Positions 11,543 through 22,299 of a stretch of 55,062 nt of DNA are shown here, piece by piece (the stretch's first letter is position 1; each line of letters starts with the position of its first letter). Position numbers and translations under genes: made by a program. This DNA is from Octopus bimaculoides (taxonomy: Eukaryota), in NCBI RefSeq assembly GCF_001194135.2, contig NC_068981.1, positions 144,966,164 to 145,021,225 of the forward strand, given 5' to 3'. The notes under the pieces are model-generated. The model saw only the letters and a list, made by a program, of their open reading frames with translations. It was not told the origin of the DNA and ran no database searches.

Positions 11543-11543
<1 letters not shown>
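11129..11543 (-). mobile_element. ~415-bp non-coding element bounded by (TAA)n on both sides (157 internal Ns)
   Basis: Minus strand reads GGGGAGCATCATAGCC...gap...GCATGCACTGCTCTTTCACTC(AAT)n with sharp borders; no ORF and no clear A/B box. Confidence 0.6.

Positions 11544-11623
<80 letters not shown>
11544..11623. repeat. (TTA)n microsatellite
   Basis: Near-perfect array. Confidence 0.97.
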
Positions 11624-11626
<3 letters not shown>

Positions 11627-11788
11627 ACCAGTGATCGACCACACCTAAGATCAAATGTGTTCCGACTTTTTTCAAACAACGTATGTATAGCTACGTTACG
11701 CAAGTCGTGTTATACTTCTTTTGAGCGCTAAGCTGGTTTTTCACAACGGATTGACTTCTTTTTCTAGAGGATACAGAGACCATGTACA

Positions 11789-12018
11789 TCTCCTATATTT
11801 GTAAATAGATGTTGTCTGCCTAAATCTGTATTGACGTTTGCTTACTATGAGATGTTACTTACATTTTGTTACATTGAATAATAACACCAAATCTTTCAAG
11901 GAACCAATATTTTCTTTCCTGATTCTTATAGCTTTCCATCTGCTTTTAGTACCTTCTTAATCCTAATATTTTTTTATATACCAATGACACGAGTTTGCGG
12001 GAAATGTTAAGGTGCTAG
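11789..12018 (+). mobile_element. Possible short non-autonomous Helitron
   Basis: A|TCTCCTATATTTGTAAAT...GTTTGCGGG...GTGCTAG|T: 5' TC, 3' CTAG and A/T insertion site; the 3' hairpin is degenerate. Confidence 0.35.
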
Positions 12019-13064
12019 TTTAAATATCTTTCTATATTAGTCTTTCTCTTAGATTTTAATTCAAATCGCGCCAGATTTAAGTTGTTTTTGCTGTCCATCT
12101 TTCACGTGTAAGCAGTATAGGCATAAATACAGCTGCCACTCGTAAGTAAATATAGATTGTACAACACCTTTGCTTAATTACTTTAGGTGCCTATGTCGTC
12201 ACAAATAGACAGAGTCACAATTGCCACTTCGAAGATGGAATAGTTACGATTAAAATTCTTTTAATTGTTTGTCTGTTCAATAAGTGTTCATCTTGTGTCA
12301 GTAAGTACTGGTGTTAATATGAACAACAAAAAGCCTTGACAGTAGTGCTCTAGCATGACTGCAGTCCAGTGTCTAAAACCAATTAAAGAATAAAAAAACA
12401 CAACAATGCTGTTCAAATACTGAGTTGTACGTTCAGTCAATTGCTGCCATCTTTCTCATTCATAAATATTTAACGAAATGTTTATTATGTAAAGAGTTCA
12501 AAAGTTACCAGGATTCAGATTTGCTTGACAACCATTCAAAAAAAAGAAGCAGGTAAATAACAGAAATATATTGATGTCAATACAGTTTATGCACTGTGTA
12601 CAAGGAAACTAGGTGGCGCTTATGTACTCCTATTTGCTAGAAATAGCGGTTAAATATCCCTTAAACCACTCGAAATAGATGAACTTGGTCATAATTTCCA
12701 GCCATGAGATTTTAGCTGCTTATTGAAATGTCGAATATTCCACAGAAACGCCTGCCTTTAACGTAATCCTTATGCAGTGTCAGGCTGGCACAATCCATTT
12801 ATAAGACTGGACCTGTGGATTACTGGTGCAAACCATCCGATGGTTTACACACAGTCAATCTAATTTCATTCTCAAGATTTGAGTCGACCGAATTCTGTAG
12901 TTAAGTATGTCACGCAGATGGATTGAACCCGGGACATGTGACTCGGAAAAGAACGTTTTAATCATCCATCAGTACTATGTCTACGAAACGACATTCTACT
13001 GTCTAAAAAAAAAAGGAAAAGGACACAGTGGATGATGCAGTTCGAATAAATTATATCTTTTATT

Positions 13065-13350
13065 TTGTACTTGTTTCACTCATTAGACTCTGTCCATGCT
13101 GTGGCATCGCCCTGGGGAATTTTTAGTCTAATGTATCGACCTCATCCTTATTTTTTAGAAGCCTGGCATTTACTCTATCGTCCCTTTTTGCCGAACGGCT
13201 AAAGTTACGGAAATGTAAACACACCAGGACCGGTTGTCAAGCGATGGTGGAAGGACAAACACAGGCATAAAGACATACACACATTGATATATATATATAT
13301 ACATATACATATCTACGACGGGCTTCGTTCAGTTTCCGTCTACCAAATTC
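13065..13350 (-). mobile_element. Composite SINE family B, head-truncated
   Basis: Reverse complement of the 3' module, a CA/TA linker and part of the body (GACGGGCTTCGTTCAGTTTCCGTCTACCAAAT). Confidence 0.8.
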
Positions 13351-14259
13351 ATTCACAATGTGTTTTTTTAAGTGGTGGTGGTTCCTGCTGCTGCTGCCTT
13401 TATTGTTGAGCTCCAGTTCAGCCATGATTGAGAAAAAGTTTTCCAGTCGTAAAAGTATTCCCGTCTTTTTCTCAGACGCAACCTTACTCAGGGCCGTATT
13501 ATCCAATGAAACTGACATTTATTTTCCAAAACTTCCACTTATCACCACGCTACTGCCATCGTAGCCTCTCACAATATAGAAACATTTCTCGTGGCACCTC
13601 CAGACAAAATGGAAAAGGCGTTGACCCGCAGGATAGCGAGGGAGATGCACAAGAACAAAGTTGAGACCTCCAGCGTTCTTGACCCCTGGACCATATAACT
13701 GCTTGCAGATATCGGAACAGAGCTTGCTGTCCGCAAGTGCGAGCATCTTCCCCGTTATTCTCCAGGACGACGCCTTTTCCATTTTTTTGCTGGTGACATG
13801 AAAAATGTTTTTATAGTGAGAGTCGAGCAACTTGTCATAAAGGGAACAAAAATTTGGTACACATTTGGTACACTATGGCAGTGCTGTGTTGATAAATAGA
13901 TGAAATTTGCTGAAAAACACGAAATATTCACATCCCTCAACCACACAACAGATGAGTCATTGAGGATATGTTCCTCTGGACTACCATCAAAGTATGAGTT
14001 TTTAATATATATCAGAGGAGAAAAGGCATCTATCTAGCGTTGTTATTGATTGTATCATTACAACTCTATTCGGATTCATTGTTTTCAGAACAAAATCCGT
14101 ATAAACATTGAAATGCAATGCTCCTGGTTATACACGAATAACAGATTTAATTACGTTTCGAAATTGTTTCTTCAAAATGTCGTGCAATCTATACGAAGTT
14201 AATCTGGTTTATTCGGTCACCCATATTGTGGCGCCATGCGATTGCGATTACGTTTATAT

Positions 14260-14885
<626 letters not shown>

Positions 14886-15429
14886 AGACAGATAAACAGA
14901 CAAACTGTCGCAGAATTTATGATGGATTTTATGAATGATTATTATGCATAGAGTCGATCAAAATTTATACAAAACAATTCATATCATATATGGATGTGTA
15001 TATATGCGGGTACATTTTTATGTCTGTGGGTATGTAGTAATCGTGAGTATATACGAATGTGTGTATGTGTGTATATGTGAGCGTGCATGCTCTCTTGTTT
15101 AAAAAAATCCGTACCATGATTTCATGCCGTTGTTCAAATATTTAGGTGCATCGATCTTCCGGGGATTTTGTTGTTGCTGAGGACGGCAAATACAAGATGG
15201 CTGTGTCTTTATACTAAGACATAATAGTAATGAAATAACGACAGTTATCATTAATGATATATACAGCATTCATTGTGATTCCCAGTGCGTTTATATTGAA
15301 AATTTTGGTGTTTTACACGAAAATTAACAACGTCTAACTACGCCCTTTATACGATATGTGTGTGTATGAGTGTGTGTGTGTGTATGTGTGTTTGTGTGTG
15401 TGTGTGTGTATGTGTGTGTGTGTGTGTGT

Positions 15430-15469
<40 letters not shown>

Positions 15470-15479
15470 TGTGTCATAG

Positions 15480-16063
15480 TGCAACAGTATCGATCAGGCT
15501 ATCGGATCTTGTTATACACTGCTGTTCAAAATGTACTTCTTGTCCTATTTTGATTGTGTCATTCTTTTCCAGTTTGACCATATCGTCTTCTCATCAGCAT
15601 GGAGGTCTCCCAACTGGCCTTTTCTTAGATATAGCTCAGCAACTGTCCGGGGTCCACATGTCGTCTGAGAACCATGCGATATGGCCGACCCAGCGGAACT
15701 TGTGCTTCCGGTACTCTGCAATCACATCGTTCACTCCACTCCGTTTCCAATTATCTCATTTCGAATGTACTCGCTTAATGATATTCCTTGCATGGATCTC
15801 TCCGTGACCCTTTGCGTCGTAGCCAGTCGATGTTCTATCCTCTACGATGTAGTCCACGTTTCATTTGCATATAAGAGTACATGTAGGATGGTGATGTTGA
15901 CGAATCTTGCACGTATGGCATTGTCTCACTTTGTTTGGAGCATATCGTTTATTGAGTTATGTGCCTTCCACACTAAACTTATTCTATTAGAGATTTCAGC
16001 ATCCATATCTCGGTGCACATTCACTGGGTGCCCTAAGTAACGTACTCCTCGCTTCCCCTCTAA
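15480..16063 (-). mobile_element. RTE-clade LINE, 3' segment
   Basis: Minus strand (with frameshifts) LEE.EEYVYLGHPVNVHRDMDAEISNRISLVWKAHNSINDML...ILHVLLYANETW...KRPVGRPP.WEDD; ends at a CA/TG tract. Confidence 0.85.
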
Positions 16064-16510
16064 CAGAGCTTATAAAACGAGCAAACGCATAAAAAACATC
16101 CTGTGTGTACCGCTTTTGTTGATTACGGAAGAGCCTTCTATAGTGTCAAGATGCAGTGTTGAAATTTCTGGAATGCAAGGCATCGAGCCGCAATACATCA
16201 AACTACTCAGAGATACAAACTTTGAATGCACAACAGGTATAGCCCTGATATCACAACCAGAAAGGATCCCAATTGAGAATGTTCTCAAACAAGGAGATAC
16301 TGTCTCCCTAAAGCACTTTGCTGCATGTCTAGAAATCGTCATCAAGGACATCGACTATGACAGGTGGCGGGAACATCAATGGCGAGAACCTGTCACACCG
16401 CCGATTCGCTAATGACATTGTATTCATCGTTGAAACCATAGACCAGCTGCAGACCATACTTCATATAGCTGAACACTCACAGTTTAGCAGAATTTAAAAT
16501 GAGCCACTAA
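16064..16510 (+). mobile_element. RTE-clade RT core segment, inverted relative to 15480-16063
   Basis: AFVDYGRAF, GIEPQYIKLL, LKQGDTVSLKHFAACLE, NINGENLSHRRFANDIVF, QLQTIL. Confidence 0.85.
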
Positions 16511-16725
16511 GAAAAAAAGAAATACAAGTCTCCATATAATTTCACCTGATCATTGTCAACGATAAATCAATTTCAAACCTAAATGGCTGTATCAAGTCAT
16601 AAAATGCGTGTATTTGTTTCATTGAGATTCCCAGATTGCACTAGAAATGTAAAAATCGATTTTTTTACATCGTCTCTTTTACACTGTCCAGATATCAAAC
16701 CAAATACTGAAAACGAAAAGAAAAA
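16510..16725 (-). repeat. Copy 1 of an inverted ~220-bp duplication (copy 2 at 19775-20000, + strand)
   Basis: Colinear match TTTTCA(G/A)TAT(T/C)TGGTTTGATATC...TCAATGAAA...AGCCATTTAG(G/T)TTTGAA...GATTTATCG(T/C)TGACAA...CAGGT(G/A)A. Confidence 0.8.
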
Positions 16726-16780
16726 GAAAAATGTAACGCCTTACTCTCCCTCTCCCCTCTCTACTCTTTCCCTCCCTCCC

Positions 16781-16832
<52 letters not shown>

Positions 16833-17302
16833 NNNNNNNNNNNNNNNNNNNNNNNNNNNNNNNNNNNNNNNNNNNNNNNNNNNNNNNNNNNNNNNNNNNN
16901 NNNNNNNNNNNNNNNNNNNNNNNNNNNNNNNNNNNNNNNNNNNNNNNNNNNNNNNNNNNNNNNNNNNNNNNNNNNNNNNNNNNNNNNNNNNNNNNNNNNN
17001 NNNNNNNNNNNNNNNNNNNNNNNNNNNNNNNNNNNNNNNNNNNNNNNNNNNNNNNNNNNNNNNNNNNNNNNNNNNNNNNNNNNNNNNNNNNNNNNNNNNN
17101 NNNNNNNNNNNNNNNNNNNNNNNNNNNNNNNNNNNNNNNNNNNNNNNNNNNNNNNNNNNNNNNNNNNNNNNNNNNNNNNNNNNNNNNNNNNNNNNNNNNN
17201 NNNNNNNNNNNNNNNNNNNNNNNNNNNNNNNNNNNNNNNNNNNNNNNNNNNNNNNNNNNNNNNNNNNNNNNNNNNNNNNNNNNNNNNNNNNNNNNNNNNN
17301 NN

Positions 17303-17371
<69 letters not shown>

Positions 17372-17755
17372 TGTTTTGTCCCCGTTAACAGGGATGGCCG
17401 GATCTACCCCAATGCCATATAACAACCAAAGTAGGTAGGTGCAGCCCACTCCAACCGTTGGGTTGGCTGGTCCCCTTTGCCATCATGAGGCTTTTTGGGA
17501 GTTGGATTTCTACGGGGAGTATTCCCTTTCTTACCCCCAATCTCAGTTTCTAGACATGAGTGGCCAGCAAAGTCTCTACCACGATTTTTAAGAAACGTAG
17601 CGGTAAACTAGCTCAGGATACCAAAGCAGAATGGGCACCAGCCAGCCCAAAGTTTGGAGTGAGCTGCACCTGCTTACCTCGGTTGCTATGGCATTGAGGT
17701 AGATCCGGCCACCCCTGGGGACAAAACCCGGATTTAAAACACTGTATGATGATAT
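17303..17755. mobile_element. Two head-to-head copies of a (GAT)n-tailed retroelement 3' end
   Basis: 17367-17474 and the reverse complement of 17633-17753 share TTTTGTCCCC...GGCCGGATCTACC.CAATGCCATA...GGTGCAGC.CACTCCAA...GGCTGGT.CCC; tails point outward. Confidence 0.75.
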
Positions 17756-18016
17756 ATATATCAAGAGTAAACAAGAGAGACAGAAACAGGCAGAAACAAG
17801 GAAAATGCCCCTTATATTTGAATACTATGCAAATATTCATTTAAAATACTTTTCATTTAATTTTTCCAAAATTTAATTGCTTTCCATACTTAGTTGGAAA
17901 AGTTTCAATGACCGAAACTGACACTGAAATGTTTTTTTATAATATTATTTTAGCATTTTCTACCTTGACTTTTTTTCCATATACAGATCAACTCGTGTTT
18001 TCCTTTTCAACCTTCT

Positions 18017-18047
<31 letters not shown>

Positions 18048-18118
18048 CGCGCGCGCACAAACAGCACGCTACTCCCTGAGACTCCTTTCCGAGCCCCTAC
18101 CTATCTTATATGTGTGTG

Positions 18119-18169
<51 letters not shown>

Positions 18170-18171
18170 AT

Positions 18172-18275
18172 AACGTCTACCAAATCCATTCATAAGGCTT
18201 TGGTCGGCCCGAGGCTATAGTAGAAGACACTTGCCCAAGGTGCCACGCTACTCACCACACAGCCACTCCTGCGTG
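18172..18275 (-). mobile_element. SINE family B fragment
   Basis: GTCTACCAAATCCATTCATAAGGCTTTGGTCGGCCCGAGGCTATAGTAGAAGACACTTGCCCAAGGTGCC. Confidence 0.8.
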
Positions 18276-18764
18276 TATACACACACGCGCGCACACGCAC
18301 ACATACACACACACACACACACAAATTTATGCATTTAGCTATCTATCTATCTATCCAGTTTTTCGTACGAAATTTACATATAATTTACAAAATGGCTTCA
18401 TGTTGTTTCACAAAGCGAGTAATTTGGCAGAGTGGGATCAGTTGATTCTCTCTACGCCATTGCTGAACTGGTTCTTATTTTGTTGATATAAGAAATGTGA
18501 GGACCTAACTAGAGATATGACGAGAGCGTGGAAATCTAAGATGCCAGTAACTAGCGCAGTTGGTACGACATCCAAATAGTTATGTTAGAAGCGAAAGCAT
18601 ATTGGATTAGAGATTTGCATTGTCAGCCTGCAGAAAAGTGCAATCCTGTATTCTTCAAGAATCCCCAAATTCTTGAAATTTGAGGAGACTTCTTATGTAC
18701 AGACCTCAAAATGACATTCCTGTTCACTAAAATAGTATGTAATATTTATAATAATAATATTGGT

Positions 18765-18885
18765 TTCAAATTTTGGTACAAGACCAGTAATTTCGGAGAT
18801 GGGGTCGGTCGATAATATCGACTACAATGTTTAACTGGTACTTACTGTATCGATCTCCGAAAGAGGAAAGGCAAAGTGAACCTCT
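18765..18885 (-). mobile_element. SINE family A, 3' half
   Basis: Reverse complement of CTTTGCCTTTCCTCTTTCGG...GTACCAG...GGTCTTGTACCAAAATTTGAAACC; its 5' part is replaced by (TAA)n. Confidence 0.8.
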
Positions 18886-18892
18886 GTAGAAA

Positions 18893-18904
18893 TATAATAA
18901 TAAC

Positions 18905-18977
<73 letters not shown>
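18893..18977. repeat. (TAA)n microsatellite / R4-like element tail
   Basis: Direct inspection. Confidence 0.95.
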
Positions 18978-19275
18978 TCTGTTCATCACAGGTTTTGTTG
19001 GAGCTCCTGGACTCTTGCATGCGTAACGGGTTTACTACCTGCAGCCTACGGTACCATGCTATTCGTTCTTTTCAGCTATCTAATACTTTTCTTGATTATT
19101 CTGGCCGTACTAAGGAGGCAAAGCTTTTGTAACAGTTTTACTGGGCACTCTATTCCAATTTCCTTTATTTTCATCTTGATGCCTTCTGATACTGTTCCCA
19201 TGGACCCAACAATAATTGGTACTATCTTAACCTTCTTCATTTTCCATAGCCGGGCTATTTCTTACTTAAGAAGGT
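18978..19275 (-). mobile_element. R4/Dong-like LINE 3' end
   Basis: KEIARLWKMKKVKIVPIIVGSMGTVSEGIK...LLQKLCLLSTARIIKKSIR*, then a 3' UTR and (TAA)n. Confidence 0.85.
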
Positions 19276-19390
19276 AGTATCTATCTATCTATCGTTTCGC
19301 CTTTTTTCTTGACTATTGGTCGGTCAAAGAGGCATGCTATGTCATTGTCATTATTGTTATTGTTATTATTATTATTATTTTATTATTATT

Positions 19391-19604
19391 AAGGCGTCGA
19401 GCTGGCAGAATCGTTAGCACCCTGGACGAAATGCTTAGCGGTATTTCGCCTGTCGCAAAGTTCTGAGTTCAAATTCCGCCGAGGTCGACTTTGCCTTTCA
19501 TCCTTTCGGGAGTCGATAAATTAAGTACCAGTAAAACACTAGGGTCGATGTAATCGATTATGACCCTCCTTGAAATTTCAGGCCTTGTGCCTATAGTAGA
19601 AAGG

Positions 19605-19625
<21 letters not shown>
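19391..19625 (+). mobile_element. SINE family A, best-preserved copy
   Basis: tRNA-like head AAGGCGTCGAGCTGGCAGAATCG...GAGTTCAAATTCC, central GCCTTTCATCCTTTCGGGAGTCGATAAATTAAGTACCAG and an (ATT)n tail. Confidence 0.9.
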
Positions 19626-19635
<10 letters not shown>

Positions 19636-19774
19636 GTGTGTGTGTATTTATGTATAAATGTGTGTATGCAGATAGATAGATAGATAGAATAGCTGCATGT
19701 ATGTGTGTGTGCAGGGAGAGAGTGAGTGAGAGAATGAGAAACGGAGACAAAGAGAGAGGGCATCAAGTTATAAA

Positions 19775-20000
19775 TTTTCTTGTTCTTTTTGTTTTCAATA
19801 TCTGGTTTGATATCCGCTCAGTTTAAAAGAGAAGTTTAAAAAATGATTTTCACACTTCGAGTGCAAACTGTGAATTTCAATGAAAAAAATACAGACATTT
19901 TATAACCTGATATAGCCATTTAGTTTTGAAGCTGATTTATCGCTGACAACGTTCAGGTAAGAATGTATGCAAACTTGTAGTATTTCGTTTCTTTTTTCTT
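19775..20000 (+). repeat. Copy 2 of the inverted ~220-bp duplication
   Basis: See 16510-16725; carries the donor CAG|GTAAGA at 19956/19957. Confidence 0.8.
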
Positions 20001-20114
20001 TTCTTTGTGGGGGAGGGTTTTTTTCTTTTTGAAATTTATGGTGAATTAAGAAGAGTGAACACAATATATAACAGATAATAAATAAACTTTATTCTCGGTT
20101 ATCTAACAAGTTAC

Positions 20115-20378
20115 CTAGAGAGAGTAATTTCTGTTGCTGCCAGGTGTTATTTTGGTAAATAGCATCCAGTAAAGAAAATATGACACTTTGGTTGCAGTTT
20201 GCTTGAGGAAGAACATGATTAGAAGAGAAACAACATTTTCTTGAGAAAAGATGATGAAAGTAAGATTAAAATGCCATTATCGATTGTAATATTTGCTTCT
20301 ATTCCATTTCTGGAGCATTCAAGAAGTTCATAAAAGACGTCGTATTCTTTCGAATTATCTCTTTTAATAAGGTTCACA
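20115..20378 (-). CDS. Candidate exon(s) of unknown protein, rich in N-glycosylation sequons
   Basis: Strong acceptor (CT-rich...ttccAG at 20380-20379) and donor CTAG|GTAACT at 20114. The 5' frame VNLIKRDNSKEYDVFYELLECSRNGIEANITIDNG and the 3' frame KCCFSSNHVLPQANCNQSVIFSLLDAIYQNNTWQQQKLLSL are offset by 1 nt. An internal acceptor at 20241-20240 gives a clean 125-nt exon. Confidence 0.3.
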
Positions 20379-21021
20379 CTGGAAAGGAAGAAGGAAGAGA
20401 GAGAGAGAGGAAAAAAGAGAAAAATAGAAAAACAAAAAGAAAAAGAAAGAGAAAGAGAGAAAAAAAGAAAGAGAAAATGAAAGAAAAAGAAAGAGAAAGA
20501 CAGGCACAGATGATAAGGTGTGTTGTGTGTGTGTGAGCGCCCGAGCAATGGATAAAGAACGACCGAAATCCGCAGACGCTGTGAAAATAGAACATCAAAT
20601 ACTATCTCAGTGCTAGACAAATCCCCACAACAAACAATTCCGTATCGATTTTACTAAGTGCTTAAAACAAGACAAATTTAGTGAAAAGAGAACTGCGGCC
20701 TACACACACACACATATATAGATTTGTACATATTACAAGTCATATATAAATATGTACATATTCAAATTTATATATATCAAAATGCACATGCACATACGTG
20801 TGTTTGTATTTAACGATGGTTAGATTGATAGATATAGATATAGTCATTTTAACGCTGAGTCTCCGAGCAGGTAAAGCCATAAATGATGTCTAATATTGGA
20901 TAAAAATGGCCGAAAGGTTTTAAAACCCAATATATTACATGCAATTATTTACAGTTATATGTACTCAAAATTCACCGTTAAAAATATTTATTTCGCATAT
21001 TCTTAGTTTCCACATTTCAAT

Positions 21022-21100
21022 CAGTGAGTGGCACCTTGGGCAAGTGCTTTCTACTTGTGAGTGGATTTCGTAAATGGAAACTGAAAAAAGCCCATTGTAT
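21022..21100 (+). mobile_element. SINE family B fragment
   Basis: GGCACCTTGGGCAAGTGCTTTCTACT...GTGAGTGGATTTCGTAAATGGAAACTGAA. Confidence 0.7.
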
Positions 21101-21284
21101 ATATTNNNNNNNNNNNNNNNNNNNNNNNNNNNNNNNNNNNNNNNNNNNNNNNNNNNNNNNNNNNNNNNNNNNNNNNNNNNNNNNNNNNNNNNNNNNNNNN
21201 NNNNNNNNNNNNNNNNNNNNNNNNNNNNNNNNNNNNNNNNNNNNNNNNNNNNNATATATATATATATATAACTTTTTTTGTAAT

Positions 21285-21715
21285 TTGTTCCTTTCTGTGG
21301 AAGAACGTAGGCTCGAAACGTTAAAGACTTTTTCACTTCCCGAGCGTTAAACTAATACATCTGTTTTTTGTCTACACCACTTGTCTCCATCTTTTGTTGT
21401 TTTTTTTTGTGTGTGTGAATTCTCCCCATATATTACACGCTCACATGGTCACAATAGTTGATCCTGTCTCCTCTTACCACCCAATGAACATTTACGGATT
21501 CTCTACCTGGACTTTCTACTATCGTACACTTCAGCTGCACCTCTCCTGCCCATAGATTACTCTGGACTGGTGTATTGATGAAAAATCGCTCCAATACACG
21601 ATGACGTTCAAAGCTTGTGAACTTTTTGAACTTTTCGTAACTTTTTTATACTTGTTGTCTACACCACCTGACTTCATCTTTTGTTTTTTTTTTTGTGAAT
21701 TCTCCCAATATATAT
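21285..21715 (+). mobile_element. Penelope-like pseudo-LTR remnant with duplicated 3' block
   Basis: GTCTACACCAC...CATCTTTTGTT...TTTGTGAATTCTCCC occurs twice (~21370-21430 and ~21655-21710); a hammerhead-like motif lies at 21292-21328. The PLE assignment is inferred. Confidence 0.45.
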
Positions 21716-21729
21716 GTGTGAGATCGATT

Positions 21730-21845
21730 GAATAAGTGTTAGGCTTACAAAGAATAAGTCCTGGAGTCGATTTCTTCGACTAAAGACGGTGTTCCAGTAT
21801 GACCACAATCAAATGATTGAAACAAGTAAAAGAATTTAAGAATAA
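21730..21845 (+). mobile_element. SINE family B, 3' module
   Basis: GGCTTACAAAGAATAAGTCCTGGAGTCGATTTC...GTTCCAGTATGACCACAATC...GAAACAAGTAAAAGA. Confidence 0.8.
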
Positions 21846-21877
21846 ACGAATACACACACTTACATTCGATATATGTT

Positions 21878-21968
<91 letters not shown>

Positions 21969-22017
21969 GTGTGTGTGNNNNNNNNNNNNNNNNNNNNNNN
22001 NNNNNNNNNNNNNNNNN

Positions 22018-22067
<50 letters not shown>

Positions 22068-22299
22068 AAAGAGAGCTAGTCTGCTCCTTTTCAAAGCTTG
22101 ACCACTCATTGTTAGACGTGCTTTTTTGTGCATGAACTTTTGTCTGCCGAGAGCTGTTTGAAATTTGTATTACAAAGAGTGCAGGGGACGGAATGTTGTT
22201 TGTTTTGTCAGATTTATGGACATTTAAATCTCTCTTTAGGCCATTGCTGGTTTTAAACGTTATGTGATACATGGACGCGTCTGCTGGAATGGTCTCGTC

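Noticed and set aside
11049-11623. Repeat-unique-repeat layout superficially like a CRISPR or other array
   Set aside because: The repeats are simple (TTA)n retroelement tails or targets in a eukaryotic genome; there are no constant 23-50 bp repeats with unique spacers and no cas genes.
16545-16575. LIIVNDKSI read as a continuation of the RTE peptide
   Set aside because: This sequence belongs to the 16510-16725 / 19775-20000 duplication; the RTE segment ends near 16510.
19391-19480. tRNA-like heads (also 8307, 25595, 53252) as tRNA genes
   Set aside because: Only A/B-box remnants are present, with no complete cloverleaf, and they are embedded in multicopy SINEs.
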